Below are positions 30,267 to 39,115 of a stretch of 62,293 nt of DNA, piece by piece. The stretch comes from a virus (lineage: Duplodnaviria; Caudoviricetes). The stretch lies in the IMG/VR virus record IMGVR_UViG_3300025687_000003, positions 1 through 62,293 of that record; one strand, written 5' to 3'. Made by a program: the position numbers and the translations under genes. The first letter of the stretch is position 1; every line of letters begins with the position of its first letter. Below the pieces are notes generated by a model that saw nothing but the letters and a program-made list of their open reading frames with translations, made no database searches and had not been told where the DNA came from.

Positions 30267-30417
30267 TCCGTTTCAAACCGTCAGGTTTGAAACGGAAGGA
30301 CGGTAGGGCGGAAGGGCCGGCTGTATCTCGGTCCTCCTGCTGGGGCGTGGCGGCGGAGGCGTGGCGGCGGAGGCGTGGCTGGAGGCCAAGCAAGTTTCAA
30401 ACCGTTCCGGTTTGAAA
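30267..30417. repeat. Two TTTCAAACC...GGTTTGAAA palindromes flanking a GGCGTGGCGGCGGA tandem repeat
   Basis: 30267-30296 (13-bp arms), 30395-30417 (10-bp arms), tandem repeat 30344-30383. Confidence 0.9.
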
Positions 30418-30840
30418 GGCCCTGTCTTGGGAGGAGCGAGGGGCTCCATCCAGGCCGGGCCTGGCGCGGGCCGAGCCCGGACAGGGCCCGGACAAAGGCT
30501 TGACATCTTGTTGACGTTTGACACCCGCAAAAGCCGTTACCTACGGAGGGACGACGGGCGACGTTTCCAACTTACCGTCCAGCCCCGTACGGCTTACGTC
30601 CAGAAATCCTAAGCCTTACAGGTCTTACGCTCCCCGCTACAGGGCTCCAATTAGCCTCCCGCAGCGCTTACAGCCCTCTTAGGTCTTACGGTGAAGCAGG
30701 GACTCGGGGGGACTCTAAGCCCCTGCCCCCGCCCTAAGGAAGGATAGGGGGTCCTAAAGCCCAGTGATTCCAGGCACTTAGCTTACGCTAAGTCTTAGCC
30801 TGGACTGGGCGCCCCCCTACGCTACCGGGCCCCTTAGGCC

Positions 30841-31143
30841 CTACGCAGCCCCCTTGTAAGGCGACCCGACCCGCACGGGCTGGGATCCCATGAAGTAGAA
30901 GCTCGATTGCCCGTGCTCCACGACCGTCGACCAGAACGGCGGACCCCAGCCCGTGCGCCGTCGTAGCTCTCCCGACAACGCTGTCAGCGCCCGCGCGCCT
31001 TGTGCGAGCGTAAGCCACGCCCCTCCCCAGTACAGGACGGCGTCATACGCATCGCAGTAGGGGCGGGCCTTCCGAGCGCTGGCGTGTGCCCGTCGAAGGG
31101 AGTCAAACGCCGTGAACAGGGTTTGTGTGTCGGTGTGTTCCAT
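30841..31143 (-). CDS. Hypothetical protein, probably leaderless
   Basis: TTGCAA-N17-TACCTT ends 6 nt before the ATG. Confidence 0.6.
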   Translation of the reverse strand: MEHTDTQTLFTAFDSLRRAHASARKARPYCDAYDAVLYWGGAWLTLAQGARALTALSGELRRRTGWGPPFWSTVVEHGQSSFYFMGSQPVRVGSPYKGAA

Positions 31144-31370
31144 GCCCTAAAGGTACTCCGGCGCTACCGGGGTTGCAAAGGAATCGAGGGACCTGTTGCG
31201 AAAGCGTAGTGATCCCGGGCACTTGCGAAGCGATCGCCCGCGCCCCGAAGACGATCGCCCGGCACGTCGCGCCCCGTAAGTGCCCGGAATCACTGCGCTT
31301 TCTGCGCCCCGCCGTGGTTTGGGCGGCCTTTGCGATAAACCTTGTCCCGCCCGCGCCCGCGCCCGCGCGT

Positions 31371-31620
31371 TTCAAATCCCGTGCCAGCCGTAGATGTCGC
31401 GGTCGGGCGTCGTGATTCCACGCACTTAGCGCTCCCTACCCCGGACCCCGGCGTGGATGTCGCGGTCTATGTGCCTGAAATCACGACGCCCGGCCCGGAT
31501 CCACGACATCGATGTCGTGGATCTGGCCTTGCATAGCCCCGATCCGGGGGTTGGCACGGGCTCCCGCGAGGCTCGATCCGCCGTGGTGGCGGGTTCACAG
31601 CCGCTGGCACGGGGGCTGCA
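31371..31620. promoter_or_regulatory. Divergent sigma54-like sites enclosing palindromes
   Basis: TGGCACGGGATTTGAA (minus, 31386-31371) and TGGCACGGGGGCTGCA (plus, 31605-31620); 26-bp palindrome at 31498-31523. Confidence 0.5.
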
Positions 31621-31648
31621 ATAGTGGTTGGCGTCCACGGGGCACACC

Positions 31649-31822
31649 GCCCCTCAGGACAGCCCCACAAGGGGCAACGACCGAAAGCGCAGCGATTCCA
31701 AGGGCTTAGCCCACAAACGATCTTTCTCGGATCATTTGTTGGCACTCCCCGAATCAAGCGCCTAAATGGTTTGTGTCTCCGGGGTTGCAAAGCCCCTCAG
31801 GACAGCCCCACAAGGGGCAACG
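31649..31822 (+). repeat. 31-bp exact direct repeat, two copies
   Basis: GCCCCTCAGGACAGCCCCACAAGGGGCAACG at 31649-31679 and 31792-31822. Confidence 0.95.
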
Positions 31823-31912
31823 CTCTCACTACAAAGCGAACGCCAGCCCGCAAAGGGGATCCGTCTGGATCGTGGCGTCCTTACAAACCAAACTCCAGAT
31901 AGGAGGGACGAT

Positions 31913-32293
31913 ATGGGCATCCGCCTTATCCGTCCACGGTACGCGGACCCCGACCGTGTACGCCATGGAACCATGGTTAGAGAGCCCACCCCGACAGCGG
32001 GTTGGGCATATGGCACGGGTGAAACCGTCGCCGAACGCAAGTCGGCACAAAGGCGCGGTACGCGCTGGGCTGCAGGCAAGGCCGCAGAGGCCCGTTTCTG
32101 GCGGGCGATGGAACACGGTCCGCGTCTCAACATGGCGCACCTGCAGGACCTGAGGCACGCGCGCCCATGCGGCAGCGAACCCGTGCACCTGCCCGCCATG
32201 GACGAATTCTGGGACCGCGATCGGTGGACGCTCGCGGGTCCCGATCGCGCGGCCAAGCGCCGCAAGAAAAAGCGCGGCGGCAAGCGCTACTAA
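31913..32293 (+). CDS. Basic hypothetical early protein
   Basis: AGGAGG RBS; K/R-rich tail. Confidence 0.7.
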   Translation: MGIRLIRPRYADPDRVRHGTMVREPTPTAGWAYGTGETVAERKSAQRRGTRWAAGKAAEARFWRAMEHGPRLNMAHLQDLRHARPCGSEPVHLPAMDEFWDRDRWTLAGPDRAAKRRKKKRGGKRY

Positions 32294-32384
32294 CGCACCT
32301 GAGAGCCCCGGCGGAACCCCCGCCGGGGCACCTCGCGTTGGGGTGCATGCACCCGCCAACACCCGTCCGCCCTCCCCCGCTCGA

Positions 32385-32435
32385 GATCCGCGCATGGCAC
32401 ACGGCTGCCGGGGATCCGCGCATGGCACACGGCTG
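32385..32435 (+). repeat. 23-bp direct repeat, two copies
   Basis: GATCCGCGCATGGCACACGGCTG at 32385-32407 and 32413-32435. Confidence 0.92.
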
Positions 32436-32570
32436 ACGTCCCCTGAAACCGGAGGTTGCTCTATACCCTAAGCATCGCGTAGCCCTACGTTAGGTAGGGC
32501 TACGCCCTCTCCGGATACCCCCACCCCGCCCGGCTTGCCGGCGCGGGGTGCCCTTGTTTCTGGAGGCTCT

Positions 32571-32738
32571 GTGCCGATCAACAGACGACGGCGTCCGTCG
32601 AAGCCGACGACGCCCGCCACCACCGCACGCCCCGTCCGCACGGGCCACGGGTCCATCGCGGACCTGCTGTTCATCCGTGAGACGTGCAACGGCACGTCCA
32701 CGTGCCCGTGCTTCGCGTGCTTGCGGCGGCGCAAGTGA
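32571..32738 (+). CDS. Small Cys-containing hypothetical protein
   Basis: GGAGG RBS; C-terminal CxCxxC. Confidence 0.55.
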   Translation: MPINRRRRPSKPTTPATTARPVRTGHGSIADLLFIRETCNGTSTCPCFACLRRRK

Positions 32739-32928
32739 GCCGCGCTTTGTGGCGGCTCGCCCTTGCGGCTGCCCAACTCACGACCGTCGCATGGCTCGCG
32801 GGCGTGCGCCCGTCGCACGTGCTGGCCCTGCTGTGAACGGCTGGACCGGCCTTGTCTGGCTGCTGTCGCTCACGGCCATGTGCCACGTGCTGGCGGCAGC
32901 GCTGTCCTGAACCCCTGGAGGTGCCCCT

Positions 32929-33249
32929 ATGCCTGAAGGCTACACAGTCGGTCTGAACCTGGACCGCGTGAACGTCGCACGATTGCATGCGATCATCCAG
33001 GACCTGAGCCCAAACGGGCGTTGGTACTGCGGCACGATCGGCAGCTACAAGCGCGCGGCCCAGCTTGGGGTCCGGCGCTCGGCGTTGGCTCCGACTATCG
33101 CGTACTGCTGGAACCGGATCGCTTACCTGTCCTGCAAGGAACGCGGGGACAAGGCGGGCATGAAGGTCTACCGCCACAGCATGGACCTCTGTCTGGACAG
33201 CATGGCAAAAGCGGACACATCTGTGTGCTGGGAGGTGCCCCTCGCGTAG
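32929..33249 (+). CDS. Hypothetical protein
   Basis: GGAGGT RBS. Confidence 0.7.
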   Translation: MPEGYTVGLNLDRVNVARLHAIIQDLSPNGRWYCGTIGSYKRAAQLGVRRSALAPTIAYCWNRIAYLSCKERGDKAGMKVYRHSMDLCLDSMAKADTSVCWEVPLA

Positions 33250-33310
33250 ACCCACAAACCCCTGACCCGGAGTTCTTTCTGGTTGAACGTGGGCGCACGG
33301 CTGCAAGGTC

Positions 33311-33775
33311 GTGCGCCCTCTCCAACCTGGAGGCCCTGTGCCTGTTACCTCAGACGAGGACGCCGTGCGCGTCCTACGTCCCTTGGTCTGTAAGGACCGC
33401 GAAGCTGAGCGGCTCGCCGTGCTGTGCATCGGTGCACGTGGCGGCGTCGTGGATGCTGCCGTGCTGACGGTCGGCAACGACAAGTTCTGCATCGTCTGCC
33501 CGAAGCAGATCTTGCGCTACGCCCTGACGCGTAGTCGGCCCGTGGCCGGCATCGTGTTGGCGCACAACCACCCGAGCAACGACCCGACGCCCAGCCGGCA
33601 GGACATCGACTGCACCCAGCGTGTGCAGGCGGCTGCCGAGGCCGTGGGGCTGCGCCTCCTGGACCACGTCGTGATCTGCGACGACAGCCACAAGTCTCTG
33701 GCCCGCATGGGCCACATCGACGGGGGCGTGGCCCCCATGCTTCTCGCCTACGAGCCCGGAGTCCGTGGTGTCTGA
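33311..33775 (+). CDS. radC: RadC-like JAB/MPN domain protein
   Basis: E...LAHNHPSNDPTPSRQD...LLDHVVI. Confidence 0.93.
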   Translation: MRPLQPGGPVPVTSDEDAVRVLRPLVCKDREAERLAVLCIGARGGVVDAAVLTVGNDKFCIVCPKQILRYALTRSRPVAGIVLAHNHPSNDPTPSRQDIDCTQRVQAAAEAVGLRLLDHVVICDDSHKSLARMGHIDGGVAPMLLAYEPGVRGV

Positions 33776-34433
33776 CCTGTTCAAAGGCGTGCGCCGAACG
33801 CACGCCGTCAAGCGCGGCAGCGCCCTTGCGAAAGACCTGGGAATCTCCGCAGGGGGCTCGGTCTCCGTCAAGGCAGGGCTCTCCTTTTTGCGAGGAAACA
33901 AAGCCCCATACCTGTCGGTGACGGCCGAAGTGCGAAACGTCCGGGGTCGTGTCATGAGCGCCGGCCAGCAGCACGACCTCGTGCTGCGCTTGTGGCCGGA
34001 CCTCGAAGACCTGTGCGCGATGCACTTGTGGACCGTGGGCGAAGGGCCCCTGCACTACGAGGCGAACGCCCTCTACTGGTGGGAGATGCACCACGGGTGG
34101 GGCAAGTGGAAGCCCCGCGAGGGACAGGACCCTGCTGCTTTCTTTCGGCGACACACCCGCTGGGGGCTGCGCTACCCGCACGACCAGGACGAAGACCCTC
34201 TGACGTGGTCCCTGTCCGACGCCGGCGAGCCCGACCCCTCCGACGGGTGGCTCGCTGTCGGCGGGGTGTGGACCCGCAACGGAGAGGCGTGGCGGGAGCA
34301 CGCGATCTCTGTGCTCCGAGACAAGCTGCGGTTCATCCTACGCAGCCGCCAACCGACGCTGCAAGGCGCGTTGGTTCACGCACTGATGGACCACGGCATC
34401 GACCCTGACTGGAACCCCGGGAGGTCTGCATGA
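33765..34433 (+). CDS. Hypothetical protein
   Basis: GGAG RBS; PYLSVTAE...G..HD...PLHYEANALYW. Confidence 0.75.
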   Translation: MVSDLFKGVRRTHAVKRGSALAKDLGISAGGSVSVKAGLSFLRGNKAPYLSVTAEVRNVRGRVMSAGQQHDLVLRLWPDLEDLCAMHLWTVGEGPLHYEANALYWWEMHHGWGKWKPREGQDPAAFFRRHTRWGLRYPHDQDEDPLTWSLSDAGEPDPSDGWLAVGGVWTRNGEAWREHAISVLRDKLRFILRSRQPTLQGALVHALMDHGIDPDWNPGRSA

Positions 34434-34684
34434 CCCGTAACAACAGCTACGTCAGCGCAGCCAGCCGTGAGGCTGAGTTGCTTGCCATCATCGCCGAAGA
34501 CGAGGGCTACGAGTCCATCGACCAGCTGGTCGAAGACCAGGCCCTGCGCTCTGTGCAGTACGGCGTGTGCGCCTCGTGCGAGGCCACGACCTCCCGCGTG
34601 GAGCCTGACCAAGACGCCGGGTGGTGCCACGCGTGCGAGGCGCGCAAGGTCAAGTCCATCGGCATCCTGTCGGGGCTGTGCTGA
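34430..34684 (+). CDS. Small zinc-ribbon protein
   Basis: CASC...VEPDQ..GWCHAC; GGAGG RBS. Confidence 0.78.
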   Translation: MTRNNSYVSAASREAELLAIIAEDEGYESIDQLVEDQALRSVQYGVCASCEATTSRVEPDQDAGWCHACEARKVKSIGILSGLC

Positions 34685-34763
34685 CACCCAACGCCCTGGA
34701 AACAGGGGGTTGAGCAAGGCCCACGGCGGAGCCGTGGGTCCTGTCCAACCTGGAGCACAAAGC

Positions 34764-34961
34764 ATGAAATTCTACGTGTACGCAGGGCACGCCCCGCTGG
34801 GCCAAGAGCCTTTGGGGACGGCAGACCGCTGCATCTGGACAGACCTCAAAACGCCAGCCGGCGCACGGCGTCGAGCGTCGCGCCTTTTCCCGCAAGGCTT
34901 CAGCCTGTACAGATTCACGAACTTCTACAACAACGCCACGTTCGTGAAGGTGGGGCCATGA
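34764..34961 (+). CDS. Hypothetical protein
   Basis: GGAG RBS, ATGA coupling downstream. Confidence 0.7.
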   Translation: MKFYVYAGHAPLGQEPLGTADRCIWTDLKTPAGARRRASRLFPQGFSLYRFTNFYNNATFVKVGP

Positions 34962-35701
34962 CCCCCAAAGGCATCGTCGTCTACGAGGACCCAAGCGCCC
35001 TGAACGGCGACCCGATCGTGGCCATCGCCACGAATCTGAAGGTCCCGAGCAGGAACGCCAAGACCGGCAAGGTGGTCCAGGTCTGGATCCTGCCCGCTGT
35101 CGAGCGTCCGCACGAGGCTGTGAGGTCCGGCGCGGACGCCAGCGTGTGCGGGGACTGCAAGCATCGGCCCTCGTTGGAGGGCACGTGCTACGTGCCGACG
35201 TTCCGTGCGCCGGGTGCCGTGCACGCTGCCTTCCTTCGAGGGTCGTACGCCAGGCCCTCGCCGACCGAGGCTCGAGCTCTGCTGGCAGGGCGCGTGGTCC
35301 GTCTCGGGGCGTGGGGCGACCCCGTCGCCGTGCCGCTGGTCGTGTGGCGCGCGCTGCTGCGCGACGTCAAGGGCTGGACCGGGTACACGCACCAATGGCG
35401 GCTGCCCACGGCCCGGCCCTACCAGGCGCTGCTCATGGCGTCGGTCGACAGCCGCGCAGAGTACGACGCCGCGCGGGCTGACGGGTGGCGCTGCTTCGGG
35501 GTGCACGCACAGACGGAGCCCCGGCCCGAGATGCCCGGCCTCCGGCTGTGCCCGGCGTCGGACGAAGCGCCGACCAAAGACTCCGTCACCTGCGCCACGT
35601 GCAGGCTGTGCGACGGCAACGACCGAGGGGCACGCCGCCCGTCGGTGATCATCGCTGTGCACGGGGCGAAGTCCCGTCGCATGGCCCCATCTTGGAGGTG
35701 A
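34958..35701 (+). CDS. GP88-like (DUF7227-like) Cys-rich protein, radical-SAM-related fold suspected
   Basis: NAKTG, C..C......CY, VRLGAWGD, GYTH, ASVDS, CPA...TCATCRLC, AVHG. Confidence 0.7.
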   Translation: MTPKGIVVYEDPSALNGDPIVAIATNLKVPSRNAKTGKVVQVWILPAVERPHEAVRSGADASVCGDCKHRPSLEGTCYVPTFRAPGAVHAAFLRGSYARPSPTEARALLAGRVVRLGAWGDPVAVPLVVWRALLRDVKGWTGYTHQWRLPTARPYQALLMASVDSRAEYDAARADGWRCFGVHAQTEPRPEMPGLRLCPASDEAPTKDSVTCATCRLCDGNDRGARRPSVIIAVHGAKSRRMAPSWR

Positions 35702-36048
35702 CCGTGGCATCCCACGAACACACCACATTCGCCCAAGCCTGCGAACGGCTGGACATCCAAGGCACGTTGGAGCGTATCCCCGGCACAGCGTTGGCGGACA
35801 CCGCTTCCACTTCGGACCCCGACAGCCCTGCCTACGACGGCGAGACCCTCGTGTGGTGGGACGGACAGCGCACCATCACAGACGGGCGCGGACGACCGGT
35901 CTACGTGGACCGGGACGGGTGCGAGCACGTCTGGGACGGCTCGGGCTTCGTGGGTGTCGTCGCGACCACGCACCACGCCGTGGTCCCCGTCGGCGTGCGC
36001 TTCCCCCGCATCTGGCAGGCGATCGCCTTGCTTCGGAGTCTCCGGTGA
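35698..36048 (+). CDS. Hypothetical protein
   Basis: GGAGG RBS, GTGA coupling. Confidence 0.65.
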   Translation: MTVASHEHTTFAQACERLDIQGTLERIPGTALADTASTSDPDSPAYDGETLVWWDGQRTITDGRGRPVYVDRDGCEHVWDGSGFVGVVATTHHAVVPVGVRFPRIWQAIALLRSLR

Positions 36049-36320
36049 AACACGCTTACGCGTACTGCCCTCCGAAGGTTGGGCGCAAGATCAACCCCTT
36101 GTTGAAGGGGCTGGACGACGCGCAGATTTCCTTCCTCCGACACCGCCTCGCAGGGGCGATGCTCGCCTTCCACCGCGCAGAAGAAGCAGCGGCGGCAGAG
36201 GCGGCGACGCAGGGCTGGATCCTGTTCCAGCACTCGGCCCACGACGAATTCGTCGCGGCGAAAGCCGCCCTCCGAGACGCCCGCATGCGCGTTGCCTTCG
36301 CGGAGGCGTTCCGTGCCTGA
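36045..36320 (+). CDS. Hypothetical protein
   Basis: GGAG RBS, GTGA coupling. Confidence 0.65.
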   Translation: MKHAYAYCPPKVGRKINPLLKGLDDAQISFLRHRLAGAMLAFHRAEEAAAAEAATQGWILFQHSAHDEFVAAKAALRDARMRVAFAEAFRA

Positions 36321-36418
36321 GACCGCAGCCCACATCGCCATCATCACTGCCCTGCACATGGTCGGCTTCGCGCTGTCCCTCTGGATGCTGCGCGATGTCT
36401 GACCCCAAGGAGACACCG

Positions 36419-36724
36419 ATGGAACCCACCCCCCAGCGCCACCTGTTCGTGGTGACGCACGCTCGTGGCTTCGAGCCCGGAGACCCCGACGCGGCCGTGA
36501 AGCTCGACAAGCCCAAGCTCTTTGGCAAAGGCCACGGCACCGACCAGCCCGGCGTGCCCTTCCGGCTGTACGACGACGACGACATCCTCTACTACGAGGG
36601 GTTCCTGTTCGACCGAGGGCACGCCGACGCCATGGCGAGCTTCGCCCCGCTGGACTGGGCCATGGCCGACTCCGGCTGCACCCGCCTGGACCTGTTCGAG
36701 CGCGGCGAGTGGGGGCGGCTGTGA
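36419..36724 (+). CDS. Phage hypothetical protein
   Basis: AAGGAG RBS; FRLYDDDDILYYEG...FAPLD motif. Confidence 0.75.
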   Translation: MEPTPQRHLFVVTHARGFEPGDPDAAVKLDKPKLFGKGHGTDQPGVPFRLYDDDDILYYEGFLFDRGHADAMASFAPLDWAMADSGCTRLDLFERGEWGRL

Positions 36725-36768
36725 GCAAGACCCCGCGAACCCAAGGAGACACCGATGGAGGCCTTGTG

Positions 36769-37218
36769 ATGAAAGACGCTTTGACTGTGCTGCGCCGCAT
36801 CCACAAGCGCGCCCAAGACGTGGGGCTGCGCGATGTCGACGCCGACCTGTCCGCCGAGGCCGGCATGGACGGCAGCTACGCCCGCCTGTTGCAGGCGGCC
36901 CGGGACCTGGAGACCCTGCGCGTGGTCAACGCCATGGGTCGGCCCTTCAACGTCCGCATTGTGAGACAGGGCGGAGGGTACGGCGCGGACGACTGCCTGA
37001 CCCACGACAACGCCGACCCGCTCGTGGAGTTCTACGACGCAGCAGCAGACCCCGCCAAGTTCGGGCCTCGGGGGCAGTTCGTCAGCCGCTACTTCCTCTC
37101 CACGCTGGAGGGGAGGTCTGTCCCTGCCGGCCTCAACCTGCACGGCGGTGTGAGCGTGTGGCGTGTCAGCGCTGCCAACGTGGCGGCTGCCATCGCCTAC
37201 GCCCGGAGCCGTCCATGA
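36769..37218 (+). CDS. Phage hypothetical protein
   Basis: GGAGG RBS; PLVEFYD...GQFVSRYF motif. Confidence 0.72.
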   Translation: MKDALTVLRRIHKRAQDVGLRDVDADLSAEAGMDGSYARLLQAARDLETLRVVNAMGRPFNVRIVRQGGGYGADDCLTHDNADPLVEFYDAAADPAKFGPRGQFVSRYFLSTLEGRSVPAGLNLHGGVSVWRVSAANVAAAIAYARSRP

Positions 37219-37427
37219 AGCCCCGCATCCACAACCCCACAGCGTGGGTCATCCGTCGCTTGGACGAGGGCGATGCCAGCGCCAAGACGTTGGCCGCCGA
37301 GGTCGGCGTGTCTCCGGACACAGCCCGCCGCTGGGTCAAAGCGCTCGTCAGCGAGGGCATCGTCGAGGCCAAACGGAAGGAGAGGGGCAGCGACGGCAGA
37401 CCCGCCACGATCTGGGGGCTGGCGTGA
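37215..37427 (+). CDS. Winged-helix DNA-binding protein
   Basis: SAKTLAAEVGVSPDTARRWVKALVSEGIV...GRPA. Confidence 0.85.
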   Translation: MKPRIHNPTAWVIRRLDEGDASAKTLAAEVGVSPDTARRWVKALVSEGIVEAKRKERGSDGRPATIWGLA

Positions 37428-37729
37428 GCCGACACCAACAGCGCCACCGCGTCGTGGCCCTGACCCAAGAGCAGGCGTCGACCCTGGCGTCTGCCTTCCG
37501 CGCTGCGCACTTCAAAGCCCGCGTCTTCACCGACGCCCCGGCCGAAGTGGTGCGCCACAAGCAGCCGCCCCTGAGCCTCGGCGATGCCATCGGCTACGAG
37601 CTTGTGGCGTGGGGCGTGGGCGACCTGGCCCACATCCGCACGGAGACAGACGGCGTGCCTCTCGTGGTGCGCTGCAAGCTGTGGCGCGTCGTCGCCACCC
37701 GACCCCGACCGCAGAAGGAGGCGTCGTGA
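37424..37729 (+). CDS. Hypothetical protein
   Basis: GTGA coupling at both ends. Confidence 0.6.
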   Translation: MSRHQQRHRVVALTQEQASTLASAFRAAHFKARVFTDAPAEVVRHKQPPLSLGDAIGYELVAWGVGDLAHIRTETDGVPLVVRCKLWRVVATRPRPQKEAS

Positions 37730-38397
37730 ACGTCACAACCGAAACCTTGCTCGGCAGGAGCGCCTGCGCCCCCGGCATCGCCTGGTTCGAGGCCGCGTTC
37801 CCTGACGGCTTCGCCGGGGAGTGGACGGCAGACCACCAGAGATGGCTGATCGCCAGCGGCGGGGCCCGGTGGCTGGGCTGGGCCTGGGCCGAGGACCTGG
37901 TCCCGGCCTGGTCCATGGCGGGGCAGGACTGGTCCCGCGCCGACCTGCTCGGGGCCGACCTGCGCTGGGCCGACCTGCGCTGGGCCGACCTGTCCCGGGC
38001 CGACCTGTCCGGGGCAGACCTGTCCCGGGCCAACCTGACCGGGGCCAGCCTGTCTGGGGCCAACCTGACCGGGGCCAACCTGTCCCGGGCCAACCTGTCC
38101 CGGGCCAACCTGTCCCGGGCCAACCTGTCCGGAGCCAACCTGCTCGGAGCCAACCTGCTCGGGGCCAACCTGCGCGGGGCCAACCTGCGCGGGGCCAACC
38201 TGCGCGGGGCCCACCTGTCCGGGGCCTGCCTGACCGGGGCCAACCTGCGCTGGGCCAACCTGCGCTGGGCCAACCTGCGCGGGGCCCACCTGTCCGGGGC
38301 CTGCCTGACCGGGGCCAACCTGCGCTGGGCCAACCTGCGCTGGGCCAACCTGCGCCAGGCCGACCTGCTCGGGGCCCGGGGGCTGCCCCCGAGCTGA
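37726..38397 (+). CDS. Pentapeptide-repeat protein
   Basis: AAGGAGG RBS; about 30 A(D/N)Lxx repeats with 15-bp periodicity. Confidence 0.95.
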   Translation: MNVTTETLLGRSACAPGIAWFEAAFPDGFAGEWTADHQRWLIASGGARWLGWAWAEDLVPAWSMAGQDWSRADLLGADLRWADLRWADLSRADLSGADLSRANLTGASLSGANLTGANLSRANLSRANLSRANLSGANLLGANLLGANLRGANLRGANLRGAHLSGACLTGANLRWANLRWANLRGAHLSGACLTGANLRWANLRWANLRQADLLGARGLPPS

Positions 38398-38465
38398 CGC
38401 CACGCCACGTGCGAGGCCGCCCGCACCCCACCCCACCCCTCCCCTCCCCTCGCCATGGAGCCCTC

Positions 38466-38633
38466 GTGCCCAAGCAAGTGATCCGCTGGTACTTCGCCCT
38501 CCTCCTCGCCGTCGTCGTCGGCCTCGGGGCCACGCTGTGGAGCGTGGTTCGAGCCCCGTCTGTCGACGCGCCGGCCTCGGCTGCGGTGCCATTCCCCGAC
38601 CCCTGCACCCTGAACGCCGTGGAGTGCCTGTGA
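38466..38633 (+). CDS. Small membrane protein
   Basis: GGAG RBS; single hydrophobic helix. Confidence 0.6.
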   Translation: MPKQVIRWYFALLLAVVVGLGATLWSVVRAPSVDAPASAAVPFPDPCTLNAVECL

Positions 38634-39115
38634 CCCCCGCCGCCGCCCTGCGCGCCATCATCCGAGCCCGCGACCACCACGCGGAGCACGCCGAGTACCC
38701 GCCCGACACCGTCCGCACGGACCAAGGCTTCGACGACTGGGCTGCCGACCTGGCAGCCCAGGCGCTGAAAGGCGCGGGCACCGGTCACCGCCTGAAGCTG
38801 GCGGCCCACGCCGCCCTCGACGCCCGCGCCTCGCGCGTGCTGGACTGCGAGGTCCTGAACGTGCACTCCGTGCTGCGCCGCATCGACGGCGATGACGTGC
38901 GCTACTACGACGCGGCCCTGGTCTGGCGTCGGCCTCGCCTCCGGGGGGTGGAGCACGGCACGCACCGAGCAGAGGTCGCGCTGCTGCCCGACGGCTCGGT
39001 GCTCGGCAAGCCGACCCTGTACGGGGGTCACTACGGCTTGCCGCTGGAGCGCGTGCTGCTGGACTACGCCAACCGCTGCAAGGACGTCGACGTCCTGCGC
39101 CCGGCGGACGGATGA
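38630..39115 (+). CDS. Hypothetical protein
   Basis: GGAG RBS, coupled at both ends. Confidence 0.65.
   Translation: MTPAAALRAIIRARDHHAEHAEYPPDTVRTDQGFDDWAADLAAQALKGAGTGHRLKLAAHAALDARASRVLDCEVLNVHSVLRRIDGDDVRYYDAALVWRRPRLRGVEHGTHRAEVALLPDGSVLGKPTLYGGHYGLPLERVLLDYANRCKDVDVLRPADG

Noticed and set aside
30570-30860. Stop-codon reassignment suggested by TAG/TAA-rich DNA
   Set aside because: Core genes are intact in the standard code and end at TAG, TAA or TGA normally; the patch is non-coding
31649-31822. Mini CRISPR array
   Set aside because: Only two repeats with a 112-bp gap, far longer than a spacer; no cas operon, and the Cas4-like gene is an ordinary phage nuclease type
37930-38370. Short regular repeats as CRISPR or a DGR template
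   Set aside because: The 15-bp period is explained by pentapeptide coding; no reverse transcriptase seen
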